Shown here piece after piece: positions 26,438 through 42,240 of a stretch of 64,000 nucleotides of DNA (position 1 is its first letter; each line of letters starts with the position of its first letter). Made by a program: the position numbers and the translations under genes. The notes under the pieces were generated by a model. That model was given only the letters and a program-made list of their open reading frames with translations, was not told where the DNA came from and made no database searches. Source of the stretch: Octopus vulgaris (taxonomy: Eukaryota); NCBI GenBank assembly GCA_951406725.2, contig OX597823.1, forward strand, positions 42,222,001-42,286,000. Reading direction: 5' to 3'.

Positions 26438-29400
26438 TCACATATATATATATATGTACATTGAGAGAGGGAGAGACAGACAGATATGTATGTGTGTATG
26501 TACACACAGCCACACACACACACATGCGTGTTTGCGATACAAAATGGAGAGTAGTTACCTAAGTCATTAACAGTCATGATGCTAACTTAATGAGAAAGTG
26601 GTACGGGTGAAATTTAAGGTTTTGGTGGAAGATTGATTGAAATTAATTTTGTAGAATATTTCAATCTATTGAAATAAATGAGATTCTCATCTCCAACGTA
26701 TCAACTATTGCATGCTAAGTAAGGAAATATTCAAAATGGCAGTGCTTAGCAATGTGACAAGGTTGGGAACAGACAGAGGAGCACACATGTGTAGTAGAAG
26801 GTGTTGATAAAGTAATTACGTCTAATTTTCACACAATTGAATATTCCATGGTTAGCAAAATGACACAAGAGGTTTGTTGATGTTACTGTGTTTTCCTTTC
26901 AGTGTTAATGTCTTGATTTATGGAATTCTTGTGCAAGATTGACAGAGACCAAATATAAAATTTCTGAGATTAAAGTATGCAGTTTCTAAACTTGTGTTTC
27001 ATTGCTGAATTATTTATATTTTGTCAGACCTGTTCTCTTCACTTTTTTTTTTCATATTCTAACCTCTCAATTTCCTTCACTGCTATAATTCCACACAGTC
27101 AAAGTAGATCTGAGATTTCTAAGCTGCATTATGACCTCACTACTATTGGTGTTATGAAAAAGCCACCCAGTACACGTTGTAAAGTGGTTGGCATTAAGAA
27201 TGGCCTCTGGCCCTAAAAAAAACCATTCCAAAACAGACAAATGGACTATCATGCTATCCTTGAACTTGTTGGATCTTATCCAGGCCAGCATGGAGATTAT
27301 ATGATGATGTGCATGTGTCTTCTTGTCTTGTTTTAGCATTGCATGCTAATATAAACAAATGTCTCTACCATACAAGTAGTAGCATTTATTTTTTAAATCT
27401 TGTGAAAGCATGAGTCAGCCACCAGTGCTGCCCCTGTTGACAGGATTAGTGGAAATATCATCTTGCTTGGAAACAGGTGATACTTGGTGACATGAAGAGG
27501 AATCTGGCCATAGAAAATCTGTGTTAACAAATTTCATTTGACCCATTCAGTCATGGAAAACTTGATGTTAAAATAAAAATGATGATGACAATGGCAGTGA
27601 AGGTAATGAGGACATCACTGGCAACATGGATATAAACATATCTTTCCTGTTTTATTCTTCCCAGGCAATGCAGTCAGTTTCATTCTAATTCTGATTGGTG
27701 AAAAGTAATTAATTCTAGAATAGTGTAACATTTTCAGTGATTAGGTCTCGCTGGTGTTTGTGACTGGTGTTTTGGTGAAGAGTTTTCAGTGAATATGTTA
27801 GATTAACATTCTTTTTGGTTACTTTTCTTTTTCATATAAGATAGAATCGCCCAAAGTTAAACAATCACCAACTCCATTAGAATTTATTATACCTTTGAAA
27901 TTTGTTTAAGAAGCCCAACATGATTGCAGTCCAATGACCAAAAAAAATTTAGAAACTAAAAGTAAAAAGAAGCAATTAAAAGCTAAACCAGTTCTGAGGC
28001 CAGTTTGGTAATGTTTTATTAAAACTTTAGTTATAATTATTCCCTCTGACATCATTGCCTCAGCAAGATGTAAGATTTACGATTTCTTGCCCCTGGCTTA
28101 GCTTCAGTTATGATGGATTGTGTTAAAGAATTGTGATGTTCTAAGATGAAATTCCTTGTGAACTTTCTTCATTCTTTTGTTATCAAATACATCTTTCATT
28201 TTTCATACTCATTTATCAATTATTATATTGTATTTTGCATGTGTCTTCCGAAACCAATTCTGACTGTGGTCTGTGAAAATTTATTGAGCTAAACTTGTTG
28301 TTGTTCTTGTTGTTCTTGTCGAGATAGGTAAACTAAAAGCATACTTAATTCTTGCTAGAAAATCAGGAACATCTTAGCATTCTGTCTCAACTCTAAATCT
28401 TAGATCCATGCTCATATAAAATGTCATTATGTAGGTGTGTATGTATGTGCTGTATGTACACACACATAGCAAGAGAAGCAGAGAGAGAGAGAGAGAGAGA
28501 GTTAGTGGTGTTATGTTGCCTTATTGAGATCGGCTGTTGTAATCTGTTTGGACACATCATGTATTCGTTTAACTTCATTTCATAGCATTATTGTGCCGAG
28601 AAAACTGAGCTCCCGGCATATTTTATTTATCACAACTGATCAATGATAAAATATATTCTGACAATAAATCTATTGATCAGTGCACGCTTCAATGCATTTC
28701 CTTGCATAAAGAATGTGACAGGCGTGATAGATGAATGGGTAAAGGGGGGAGGAGTATGAATGGTGATGCCAGGTTGATGGTGGTGCTATATGGAGGTGGC
28801 ATAGGGTGTGGAGACTGTTGCGTTGTGGTACGTTAGTGATATGCTATGGTGATACTATAGTGTTTTCAAACCATTGGTTATGAAAGGGGTGTCGGTGTTC
28901 ATAATGTGTGTGTGTGTGTGAATATGATTATGCTCATGTATGTCTATTTATGTATGTATGTATATATATACACATGTGGTATGGTATAAATATGCACTCA
29001 TACACACATATATACATACACACACATATATCTACACATACATATATATATATATATATATACACCTGTACATATATACATATATTTTTATACATACTCA
29101 CACACACACACACACATAATATATATACACACATATATATATGTATATAATATATATACATATATATATATACCTATACATATACGTACATACATACACA
29201 TCTATATATCTATACACATATATACACCTATACATACATACATATATACATATATATATATATACATACACACATAACTATATGCACATACATATTTATA
29301 TGCATGCATGCTTGCATACATGCATGCATATATACATGCATGCATACATACATACATACATATATATACATATGTACGTACACACATGCATCCATCCATC

Positions 29401-30482
29401 CATACATACATACATACATATGTGTGTGCATATAAAATACACACACACTCAAACTAAAATGTTTAGATGTTTAGGTTTATTTTTTCATAAACACAGACAT
29501 ATATCATGGATGAGGGATGGTTGAAAAGTCTTGCATACAAATTCATAGCATCCGATTTGTTTGAGATATTAGGATGAAATAAAATGAAATAAAAGGGGAG
29601 CTTAGCGTCTTACCATTCAAAATTCACCATTATTTTTCAATGCAATCACTACCTTCATCGATATTTCTCTCCTAATACCTAACAAGGTTGCATATTCCAT
29701 CATGTTAGAAATCTACTATATTTTTCTGTTCTTTCCCCCTACCAATCATTTACAGCGTTATCTTGTTTATTAGACTCTATACTCTCTTACACTTAGCTCA
29801 TGCTTTACTGCTTTGGTTAACTCAAAGTTAAAAGATCTGGGCTATAAAAAGCGAGGCATATGATATTAAATTTATTCTACAACTAAATCGGTCTTTTTGA
29901 AACATGTATCATTTTCATCTGATCTCTCAGTGACTAATGCAGCAATGTTTCATGATCCTTTGGACATATTTAACATCAAATACATTGTTCTATTGTAAAA
30001 ACTAGTCTATCTTTCACTGTATAACTGTCACAGTATCTTTATCTCTAAACTTGTGACCAATGTATACCAGTAACTATATATCAATAACTCTCTTATTGTA
30101 CCCAATACCCCCTATACTGACTGAACATTTCTGTTCACTTTTAACATTGCTTCTAACTCCATCTCACCTACCAACAATGATGTAGGCACCATTTATTTAA
30201 AACTTGCAACAAGCTAAACTTGCATAGGCCATTATTCACTTTTCCATCTGTTTTTCCATGCTGGCATGGGTTAGACAAGTATATTATATTGAGGCATTGT
30301 TTTATAGCAGTATGTTCTTTCTCTTATAACCCTTTTCAAGCAGAAGATCCTTTATTCTGCATGCCTTCAATTGGCTGACATGGAGAATGGCAACAATATC
30401 ATTACTTGTAACTCAGCCATTTTTGCAGAAGAACAAATGTTAATATATAGATACACACAAAAGGCATGCACGCCAACACATG

Positions 30483-30517
<35 letters not shown>

Positions 30518-31368
30518 ACATACACACACACACACACATTCACCACATCATTAGAGATGTATTTATTGAATAAAAAAAACTGATATAGAAGTGCGACTGA
30601 ACCCAAAATTATTTGGTTGGAAAGTGTTATTCTCAGCCACACAACTTTGCCAGCATCATCATCATCATTATCATTTACGCATCAACATTCCATGCTAGCA
30701 TGAATTGGATGGTTTTGAGAGGATCTGACAAGTCTGACTGAGGCCTTAATTATGCTTCAATGTTTATATAGTTTTATAATATTAGGCAAGACATAGAGAT
30801 CATTCTTGTCTATTTTTCTCATTGCTTTGTCATACTTATTAAGATACCATTGTCTTCATTTGTCATAAATATCACTGCATTAGGGTGAGATGAATCAAAT
30901 TTATGATCCAGATTCAACTTCCTGTGAGTGAAACTTTACTTTCATACTGAATATCAGTGTGAAACATAGATATCCTACCTTTGTTTTCCTTCCTGTCTAT
31001 AATTTCCCTGTAATTATTTTATCTGTTGTTTAGTTTTTTTCAATTGATGGAAAACAGATATATATCTCCAAAAACACATCAAAATTCAATTTCACATTTT
31101 CTCTGAGAAAAAAAAATGCAAACATTGATATTTTTCATTTAGTTGACATTTATAGATAATGTCTGTCCATATACAGCTTTGTTTATCATTTGTGTATTCT
31201 TATTTTTCATGATGTATAATGCTTTTCTGCCCCTTCATTCCTATTTCATTGTATATAGTATGTTTGTTTATAACCATTCTGTTTGTATACAATTGTTTAT
31301 CATGTACCAAAATTTTGTATAAAATATAAAGACTGTTTAAAATATAAAGACATTTTTATAATATAGGA

Positions 31369-31406
<38 letters not shown>

Positions 31407-31615
31407 GGGAGCGAGCTGGCAGAATTGTTAGCATGCCAGGCAAAATGCTTAGCGGTATTTTGCCTGTCGCTATATTCTGAGTTCAAATTCCACTGAGGTT
31501 GGCTTTACCTTTCACCCTTTCACCCTTTTGGGGTCAATAAATTAAGTACCATTGAAACTGTAATCGACTAGTTCCCTCCCCAAAAATTTCAGGCCTTGTG
31601 CCTTTAGTAGAAAGG

Positions 31616-31689
<74 letters not shown>

Positions 31690-31922
31690 GACACTGAAAA
31701 ATGGCAAGCTGGTGGAATCATTTGCACATCAGACAAAATGTTTAGCAGCATTTTGTCTGTCTTATGTTCCAAGTCCAAATTCTGCTATGGTTGGCTTTGC
31801 CTTACATCTTTTTCAGGTTGATAAAATAAGTAACAGTCATGTACTGGGATCAATGTAATTGACTAGCCCTTGCCCTCCACCCCACCCCCCAAATTTCAGA
31901 CCTCATGCTTATGATAGAAAGG
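31407..31922 (+). mobile_element. Two tandem SINEs (family B) embedded in (ATT)n
   Basis: GGGAGCGAGCTGGCAGAATTGTTAGC...GAGTTCAAATTCC...AGAAAGG followed by (ATT)n. Further copies at about 5392, 33225 and 33470. Confidence 0.8.
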
Positions 31923-31961
31923 ATTATTATTATTATCATTATTATTATTATCATTATTATA

Positions 31962-31996
<35 letters not shown>

Positions 31997-32049
31997 CATC
32001 ATTATTATTATTATAATTATTATTATAATAATAAGCTGGCAGAATCATT

Positions 32050-33215
32050 AGAATATTAGCTGGAAGGTATATCAGCCAAAACATGTTAACAACAAACAAG
32101 ATGAGGACAAATATCCATCAATTGTAAATAATGTACACGTCTCCTCATATCTCTAGAATCTTTCTTAGGATGTTTGCAGATTCAAAATGTCACTTTTCTG
32201 CAGGCCAACAATGCAAACCTCAATTCCAGTATTATTCAGGTTCTTAAGTAGCAGTTTAAGTGTTGTGCCAAGTTTCTGATATTTCTCAATTTCTATGGCA
32301 TCCACTCTGTTATCACATGGTATTGCAAAGTTTATGATCTTACACAGTTTGCTTTGTTTTTGTCCTTTGTAATCATATCTAATCTCATTGCTTCAATGGT
32401 ATGGTCAGTCTTTAAGGAATAATCTCATCTAATCCCCTAAAAATTATTCTCTATCACATTTCTGATTGTATTCATACCACTTTTCTTTTCTTTCAAAGCC
32501 ACACTCTCAACTAACATCCAAAATGCACTCTTTTACCTACTCTGTAATGTTTGTGTTTATACTCTTTTTCTGCTAATATACTGCATTCACTTTAGAAATG
32601 GTTAATCTTTTGTCTACTTTTTGCACAGACTCTGCATTTGCTCTCTGAGTTGTGTCAGTCTTTGCCTTTATCAAATTCATTTTAATGGCTTTTTCCAGAG
32701 TGGCCAATAATTATCAATTTAGTTTCTCATTTCAGGGGTCTATCTGTCAGCCACTACAAGCATTCTTTACTTCCAGTACCCTCAGTTATTGCATGAATTG
32801 ATCATGCAATACCCTCTCTTTCTAGCCATATTCCCAATCATTCTCCCTTCTGCTCATGAAATCATTTACTGTTTCAGTATCTTTTGGGATATTTCTAGCC
32901 ACCAATAATATTATTTCTTCACTATGTATGCTCCCTTTCTTAGTAGGTAGAACCTGCCAATATTGCTTTTAGGGTGGTGTGTGTTATAATTATAAGCAGA
33001 TTCTTAGTTCTTCTATCCATTTCATGTAGCTCAGACTTTGTCTATTTTTGAAAAGGAGCAGAGTATATATACCTATATATACACTGCTTTGATAATGTTC
33101 CCTCAATTTAAGTTTGTTTCAAGCACTTTTCTCACTCTTCTCTTGAGATTTTCTCTCTCATTTCACTTTCCATTAACTTATTGTCTTGCAGCACACTTAG
33201 GTACCTGTATCCCTC
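32050..33215 (-). mobile_element. Decayed 3' portion of an R4/Dong-like RLE non-LTR retrotransposon
   Basis: Minus-strand remnants of a CCHC knuckle (CRVC...H..SEC) and DHTIEAMRLDMI...KIINFAIPCDNRVDAIEIEKYQKL; adjacent to (TAA)n. Confidence 0.7.
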
Positions 33216-33680
33216 TTTATATCTCAGCTGCCAGAATTATTGTTAGCATGCCAGATGAATTACTTAGCATCTTTACATTCTGAGTCCAAATTCTGCCTGT
33301 CACCTTTTTGTAGTCAATAAAATAAGTACCTGTTGAATACTGGATTCAGTGTAATTAACTAGTCTCCTCCTCCAAAATTGCTAGCTTTGTGCCAAAAATT
33401 GAAACATCATTATTCTAACCTTGTGCCAAAATCAGAAAGCATAATTATCATCATTGTTGTTGTTTTTGAGGTGATGAGCTGATATAATCATTAGCAGGTT
33501 GGGCAAAATTCTTAGCAGTATTTTGTCCCTCTTTACATTCTGAGTTCAAATTCCACCAAGGTTGACTTTGCCTTCCATTCTTTCAGGGTTGATAAATTAA
33601 GTACCAGTGAAACACTAGGGTTGATGTAATTGACTAGTCCCTCCTACCAAATTTCAGGCCTTGTGCCTTTAGTAGAAAGG

Positions 33681-33763
<83 letters not shown>

Positions 33764-33769
33764 TATTAT

Positions 33770-34222
33770 GTACTTTTAATCTGCATGTTTGTTGCAATCA
33801 CTTGCCGAGATACACCCAGCATCATAGGGCGAGTGAAGGATAAGAGCTGATAAAGTATGACTGAAAGCTTGGGGAGGGAGTAGTAAGGGCAGTAGCAAAA
33901 TATCTTCATGTAATACAACAGAGACATTTAAATGGATAGGATTTTACTAAGGATGTGGACAGTACACGTCAGCACAATCTTTTGGATTTCTCTGTGACAT
34001 GGTTCTCCTGGGATGTTATTTAGATGTTTCTGATATTCCATTTTTAACGTACCTAGGGCACCTACAATAACAGGAACAGTTCTCACTTTAGGATGCCACA
34101 TCTTTTGTATTTCAATTTTCAGGTCCTTATGTTTACTTAATTTGTAAAATTCCTTTACAGACATATTTTTATCAGCGGGAACACTTACATCTATTAGTCT
34201 ACAAGTATTTTATTGTTATAAT
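33770..34222 (-). mobile_element. 5'-truncated R4/Dong-like RLE LINE 3' end
   Basis: CRLIDVSVPADKNMSVKEFYKLSKHKDLKIEIQKMWHPKVRTVPVIVGALG; bounded by (ATT/ATC)n and (TTC)(TTA)n tracts. Confidence 0.85.
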
Positions 34223-34226
34223 TCTT

Positions 34227-34309
<83 letters not shown>

Positions 34310-37300
34310 CATTATTATTGTTGTTGTTATTGACAACTTGACAGTTTTATTCAAGTTTTTGGAAAATTAATTTGAAAATTAGTTATATATTTTCAGTTTT
34401 TGAAATAATTTTAAAATATGTTGATTGGAATATGGTGGTCATAAAAAGCTTAATTATATTTTTCTGATTGAATTCTCAACACAACTTATTGTTTGAGTTA
34501 TTAATAAAAAAAAAAATAGCTACAAGAAATTCTGTTGCCTGCAAATTAAAATGCAAAAATTCTTGAAGTATTTTCATCGTTTGCAATGATTGGCATATAT
34601 ATTAAGGAAATACTTTTAGACATATCTTAATGAAAATTGTATAGAGTACAAAAATATAGTGTATGTGTATGTATTGGTATATATATACATGTGAGTTTAT
34701 GTATTTGCTTGTGTAGATACATGAGTATGTGTGAGTGTGTATACATTTATGCACATTTGGGGAGAATGGCTGTCAGGACAGATTTACGTTATATAAAACC
34801 ATTATTGAATGCCTTAGATTAAATATCTGCTTTATACTACATAGAGTGTATCAATAGATTTAATAAGCATACTTGGGGTATACAAGATTTTTCTGGACTT
34901 TATAGAAAAATCTGTGATATGATGTTTAATGCAATATGGAGTTTATGAAGCTTCTGCAAAACACTACGGCAGCTATTTATGTGAACATTTGAAGAAAAAA
35001 AAAAAAAAAAAGAGAAATGCCACTGAGAGATTTGTATTCAGAAAGCAATTTTGTATCTTTTGTGAGGAATATGCAGTATAATATCATACATGTTTAGTGT
35101 ATAGATTATTTCTTTATCGATACTCTGTGTCACATTATATCATCACCATCATCCTTATCATCATTTTATATTCAGTCTTTAGTACTAGAATGTGTTGTAT
35201 TAGTTCCTATGCAATAGTACATTTCCATATGCCATGGTTGCATTTCTGTATTTTTTATATAACCACAATCTACTACCTACATCAGAAATTTGTCTCTACC
35301 TTCCACGCTCTCTCTAAGTGTATTTGTGTGTGTGTGTATTTATAGCTTTTAACTTGTTACTCGTTTTAGTCATTGGACTGCAGTCATACAGGGGCACCAC
35401 CTTGCAAGATTTGACTCTAAAACTTATTTTTAAGCCTGACACTCATTTTATCAGTCTCTTTTTGCTGAGTCACTAAGTTATGGAGACATAAACAATCCAA
35501 CGCCCGTTATTGGTGGTGGGACAAACTGAAAGACACACACACAGCAGAGCCTGATTAAGACCTATAGAGGCAGGCCCTAAGCACTTAAAAGGTTTTGGTG
35601 CCCTCAAGTATATATAAATTGTTCAAAATGTAAACAAAAATAGTTAGTTTCTCCTTATCTTAACTTTGCATGATAGTTGTAAATGAGTGTCACAGCCATG
35701 CAAGATCTTGTCCTTAATTTCCAATCTTCTGGGGGAAACATGTTTGGTCATGGGGAAATATTACTTTGCTTGGCAAAAGTGTGGGCTGACAATAGGGAGG
35801 ACACCCTACCATAGAAATTCTGTCACAACGAATTCCGTTTCAGCCATGCAAACATGGAAAAGTGGATGCTAAAACAATGATATGAAAATGATATATGTCT
35901 TTCAGAATTTGAACCCTTGCAGTTTGTTTTTGTGCATTAAGTTCTAGTTAATAGTTCTTTATGCCTAGTTGTTGTCTGATTGCCTTTCACAGCTTATAAA
36001 CCTACTGTCGTATGGAATTGGATTAGTAAATCAAGCACAAATTCAACATAGTAGACGTGATATGATTTTTGACACCTAATCTCTTTTCATTTTTATTCCT
36101 TATGTTATTATTCTTTAGTTGTTGCCAAGATTTAGTCTCTAAATTCAAACTCTATATTAATAAAGACTCTAGCAGCTCATTAATTATGTAATGACAGCCA
36201 GGCAGTTTTCATCATACTACTATGATTATACCAGTTTAAATAACCTCGATGTGTTGTTAGCCTTTGAGTCATTGTCATCTCTTTAGTATTTGAGCCTGTT
36301 TTCTGCAAACTTCAAAACTATGAATATATAGTTCCAGCATTGAGGACATGGAACAATCATGTAGAAACAAGATCTGATTGTGTTTATCAATTATAAATCA
36401 TACATGGAAGACACCCACATTAGCTCTTTAAGAAATCAAGCTCAAAGATTTGCAGCATTTTAAGTTTAACAAAATTGGATTTACCTTCATGTTTTTTAAC
36501 AAAAAAATTATATCATTCTGTCCTTCCCTAAAGAATGGGTCTCCTCAGGCGACAGTACTGTTGTCATAGAATATGGGCATATCAAGCTGTTGCCCATGGA
36601 TCCAAAAGGTCTGGAGGTTTAATGCTAATACATGTATGCTGTAGTTTTCTGTCAATAAATAAATATAATTGGCTAAAGTGGCTTGCTTTATCCAGGAGTT
36701 ATGAAATGCTATTGAGGGGGCCCTGGCCCTTTTGATCCACTGTCAAAAATCATTAAAAGTTACAAATCATAGAAGAAAATTTTACTTAGTTTATCAACCC
36801 ACTTTAGGTAGCAGCCAAATCCCCTTTAAATCCCTTTCCACCATCTTTAAGGAAAGTCACACCAAACAGATACTTAAAAGCTCTATGTCGAAAAAAAAAG
36901 TATATTGTAGGGCCATGGTTGGAACAAACATGACCACTAGCTTGCGTGTACAAGAATGCCTTAGGGTAGAGGGAGAGATATCACTTCCATTTTATATAAT
37001 TTTCTAGTCTGATGTCCATTTTACTCAGGATAATTATGAGCTGCATTTGTCTGGTGTTTTATGTCACAGTTATATATTTATTAATGGCACACTAGGTAGT
37101 GATGATTAAAATAAAGTAGTGTAACATTTATATTTGTGTACATTCAAATATAAAAAGCTTTTTACGGCAATAACCATTCGCAAAAGAAACTCTTCTATAA
37201 ACAACAACACTCTCAGATGAGCTGTGAACGATGTCATTGAACTGTGGTACAAATTACAGCTGAATACGCAATCATAATCATGATGATGATCATCATCATC

Positions 37301-38216
37301 ATCATTAAATGTTCACTTTTCCACGCTTGCATGAATTGGATGGAATTTATTGAGGCAGATTTTTGTGTTTGGATGCTCTCCCTGTCACCAAACCTCATCT
37401 GTGTCTAAGCAAGGTAATATTTCCCTATGGCTAGCCATACATATTCACAGAACACTGGAAATCAACATCTTCACATCTACAATGGTTATGTTCATTTCAG
37501 CTGCTGCATGATGCCAAGACAAGAATGGTCTTTCACACACACACACACATGAGAGGCTTCATCACAGTTTCTGCTTACCAAATCGACTAACAAGTATTTG
37601 GTTGGCTTGGGGCTATGAAAGAAGACACTTGTCTAACATGCCACACAGTGGGGTTGAACCCAAAATCACATGGTTGGGAAGCAAGCTACTTAACCACATG
37701 ACCATATTTTAAACTACAGTTGAATGTATTTATTCATTCAATAATTTATTTGTTATGAGAATCAGAACTCCAATTTTATCGAAACTTTCTCCTTAAAAAT
37801 CAAGTTATCTAATTCAATATTTAATTCAATTATTCAACAAGATAGTAGAAGCAAGAGAAATTAATTTCTGTTCAGCAAATACATAAAGTTGCTCTATTCA
37901 TAAGTGTATTTAAACTGTGCTTTTGTGTAAAAAAAAAAAAGATTTCATAGATGCAGGTGGGGGTGGCTGTGTGGTAAGAAGCTTTCTTCCTAACCATATT
38001 ATTCCAGGGTCAGTCCCACTGTGTGGCACCTCAGGCAAGTGTCTTCTACTATAGCTTCAGGCCAACCAAAAGCCTTTTGAGTGGATTTGGTAGGTGGAAA
38101 CTGAAAGAAGCCCATATATATATTTATGTATATAGAAATAAATGTAGGGATAAGCAAGTTTGACAGATCAATACATAAAGTTTTACTATGTTAATACATG
38201 AAATACAAAAGATGTA

Positions 38217-38585
38217 GGTGCAGGAGTGGCTGTGTGGTAAGTAGCTTGCTTACCGGCCACATGGCTCCAGGTTCACTCCCACTGCATGGCACCATGTGCA
38301 AGTGCCTACTATAACATCGGGCTGACCTTGTAAGTGGATTTGGTTGATGGAAGCTGAAAGCAGCCTTTCATATGTGTGTGTGTATGTGTGTCTGTGTTTG
38401 TCCCCACAACATCACTTGACAACTGATGCTAGTGTGTTTGCATCCTCAGAACTTAGTGGTTTGGCAAAAGACACTGATGGAATAAGTTTTAGGCTTACAA
38501 AGAATAAGTCCTGGGGTTGATTTCTTCAGCCCATTAAGGTAGTGTTCTGGCAGTCAAATAACTGAAACAAGTAAGAGAATAAAAG
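38217..38585 (+). mobile_element. Abundant tRNA-derived SINE (family A), near full length
   Basis: GGTGCAGGAGTGGCTGTGTGGTAAG...GGTTCACTCCCACTG head. Other copies lie at about 9045, 10325, 14090, 19228, 19452, 20755, 25163, 37553, 37950, 49770, 50395 and 53370. Confidence 0.85.
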
Positions 38586-39339
38586 TATATCATAAACCAC
38601 CTTTCCACCAAATAATCATATGTATATGTGTGTGTTTTGGCTTAGTGGTTAGGGATTTGGTGTTCATATTAGTAAGCTTGTGAGATCAATTCCTGAACCA
38701 GGCAATAAGTTGCAGCCTTCAGCAATGCACATCGTTTCGCCTTACTCATGTCTGCTCAGTTGAAAACAGGTACCAACTGATAACAGGAGGTACAATACAC
38801 TCTCTTTCTCTCCCCAGCCAGTCGTCACATTTCTGATGCTTTGTGTGGTCAATGAATGGGATGGCTGAGCTGTTGTCTGTGTCTGCTTGCAACTAACTAC
38901 ATAAGCATGTAAAACAACCAGCTAAAGAACCATACAAGCTACTGAGTTATACATATAAGTAACAGCTAAGCTTTTTACTTCCTATACAAAATTACACACA
39001 CATGTGTGTGTGAGTGTATATGTGTGTATGTATATATATATATGGAGAGAAAGAGAGAGAGAGAGAGAGATGCACAGATGGATAGATAATGAATGAGAGA
39101 GAGAGCACAAACCTTAAGAGACACTTTAAAAATTTCCTAGAAGGTGGAAAATATACCAATAAAATTAATACAAGGATTAAAAATAAGCTTTTACTAATTC
39201 TTGAATTATATTTAAGTCAGAAAATAAAATATTGTATTTATTTTATCATAATTTAAATACATTCAATTTTATTTTCACGTATTTATATTGTTCATTAAAT
39301 ATTCGATTTTTCTCAGTCAGTTATATAAAATGATACATC

Positions 39340-39377
39340 TATATATGTATGTATGTCTGTATGTATGTATACATATG

Positions 39378-39430
<53 letters not shown>

Positions 39431-39441
39431 ATATACATATG

Positions 39442-39535
<94 letters not shown>

Positions 39536-39536
39536 A

Positions 39537-39584
<48 letters not shown>

Positions 39585-40142
39585 ATGTGTGTATATATAT
39601 ATATGTCTGTGTTTGTGTGTGTATGTATGTATGTATAAACACACACACACACATATATGTGTGTGTGTCTGTGTGTGTGTATATATATGGTTGGTGCATA
39701 GAGAGTTAGGTATATATGTATGTATCTTCCTTATGTAAGATTAGTATTCAGAAATATTGTGGTAGAAAATGAAACAGAAAACTGAAAATAAGTGATAAGA
39801 AATGGGAGGAATGGGGTGTTGATGTTGGGGATGGTGGTGAAAGAAAATTCTTTTTCAAATACAATGATTAAATGTATACATATATAGGTGTATTCACTGT
39901 ATGAATATGTTCTCTACATGAGCATGTATACATAAACATGTGTATGTTTGTAAGTATATGAACATACATACTCAGGCACCAAATGCATACACCTGTACAT
40001 ACAAGCATAGATATATATATATATACATATATATACATATATATATACATATATAAATATATACATATATATATATGTATATATATACATATATATATAC
40101 ATATATAATATATATATATATATGTATATATATATATGTATA

Positions 40143-40192
<50 letters not shown>

Positions 40193-40776
40193 TAAATATG
40201 TATGTATATATATATATATATATAAATATGTATGTATATATATATATACAGATATAAATATGTATGTATATATATATATTTATACATATATAAATATGTA
40301 TGTATATATATATATTTAAATAGACATGTGCATATATACACACACATATAAATATATATATATGTACATACATGCACACACATATATGTATATATAAAGA
40401 TACATACATTCATGTATAGGTATGTATAGAAACGTTCCATATGCACCTGCACAGCCATACAACTATGTTGTGTATGTTTTCATGAATGTTTCATTTCATT
40501 ATATTTGTGCCTCTGTATGTGTGTATATGTGTGTGTATGTGTGTGTATGTGTATGTATGTTTCCGTTTATGCCAGTTGAAAAGAACACCATATGATCCAC
40601 ATATTGTGCTATTTCCGAGTTTATCGTTTATCGACTTAGAGATTTGTTTCCTTTGTGAGAATACATGAAAATCACTTTACAAGTAGAAATATATCGTAGT
40701 GTGGGTGTATGTGTGTAGATGTATGTAGACGTGTGTGTGTGTGTGTGTATTTGTGTGTGCATTCATACATACATTC

Positions 40777-40840
<64 letters not shown>

Positions 40841-40849
40841 ATATATATG

Positions 40850-40880
<31 letters not shown>

Positions 40881-40893
40881 GTATATATGTATG

Positions 40894-40924
<31 letters not shown>

Positions 40925-41011
40925 GTGTATATATATATATATGTGTGTGTGTGTGTATGTATATGTGTATGTATATATATATGTGTGTATGTATATATAT
41001 ATATATGCATA

Positions 41012-41059
<48 letters not shown>

Positions 41060-41102
41060 TACATGTTTGTGAGTGTATGTGTATATGTATGTATGTATAT
41101 AT
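39340..41102. repeat. Compound (TA)/(TG)/(TATG) microsatellite field
   Basis: Source of the many YIYI/CVCV pseudo-ORFs. Similar fields lie at 23570-23930, 28900-29450 and 54215-54490. Confidence 0.9.
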
Positions 41103-42240
41103 ACACCCAGAACCACGCTAATAGCTTAGGAATGAAATTTAGGATTCCTCAGTTTTCTGTAAATCGATTTTGTTAAAACTTTTCCCAGCTGGTTTGAACA
41201 CAATGGCAACACCATTGTTATGTTTTCATTTTTCTGTGTGACGTCCTTTGTTTTGTACTTTAGATTCTTCAGTTTCTGGGTGAACCATGCTAATAGCTTT
41301 TGAATGAAAATTGCCCATCTGGACATTTGTTTTCAGAAAATGAGGGGAAATGATAGATATTAAGCATACATTGAGAATATATTTAACAGAAAAACCATAA
41401 TAATATTTTAACATTTATGGACCTAATGAATTATTTTGCCACATGAGTGCCATTTCAAGGGATAACTTCAAAAACCCTACTAGTCGTGGAATCTGTCAAT
41501 TTCTTAATAGTAGCTGGTTGGACTACCTCTGCTGCAGCTTTGATAGTTGCCCATATGACATTTTTTTATGTAAATTGGCGTCCATCAGCATAAACATCTT
41601 GTTTAATGATGGACCAAAGATTTTCAGTAGGGTTAAGATCCAGAGATGCGAGCAGCCACACCATCAACCTTTCACCTTGTATGTTGTAAGACCCTAGGAA
41701 TGTTTGGGTGCTCCTAGCAGAGTGGGAGGGAGCATTGTCATGCATGAATATGAGATTCCTTAGAAATGACCACAGTATGTCATTTAGCCAGGGATCCAAG
41801 ACCTTCAGGAGATTGCTGTAGGTGATTACGGTCACCTTAACCTCTTCAGGCACCCTGGCTGGGCCAAAAAGTCTGCCCCAATGATACCAGCCCACAACGT
41901 GCTCCTCCACTCTGTTGTTGATGTCATTAATATTGGTGGTGCTCCTCTCCAAAATAGACCCAACCATCAGGTTCATCAAAGGTTGCCCTGGTTTTGTCAG
42001 GGAACAGAAAACTGCTTATGTTTAATGTCATGTACTTTTGGACCCATTGAAACCTCAGACTCCTGTGAGGGATTCTCACACAGAAGCTATGGTCCCAATG
42101 ATGTGATTTCTGGTGGTTTTTGGTACATGAGGAAGTCCAAATGTGGTGAAAATGGCTTTTCTTGTTTGTCTGGGTTTCCCATATAACTTGGGGCCTTAAA
42201 TCTTTAGCTGTCACAGTCTTGGAGGTCCTACAATCAGATC
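41102..42240 (-). mobile_element. Decayed Tc1-like (DD34E) transposon fragment
   Basis: Motifs FPDKTRATFDEPDGW, IFMHDNAPSHSAR and SLDLNPTENLWSIIKQ across frameshifted ORFs. Confidence 0.88.

Noticed and set aside
39288-41121. Many long ORFs rich in YIYI, CVCV or HTHT (also at 23443-23961, 54146-54563 and 60308-61047)
   Set aside because: These are translations of dinucleotide microsatellites that lack stop codons, not genes.
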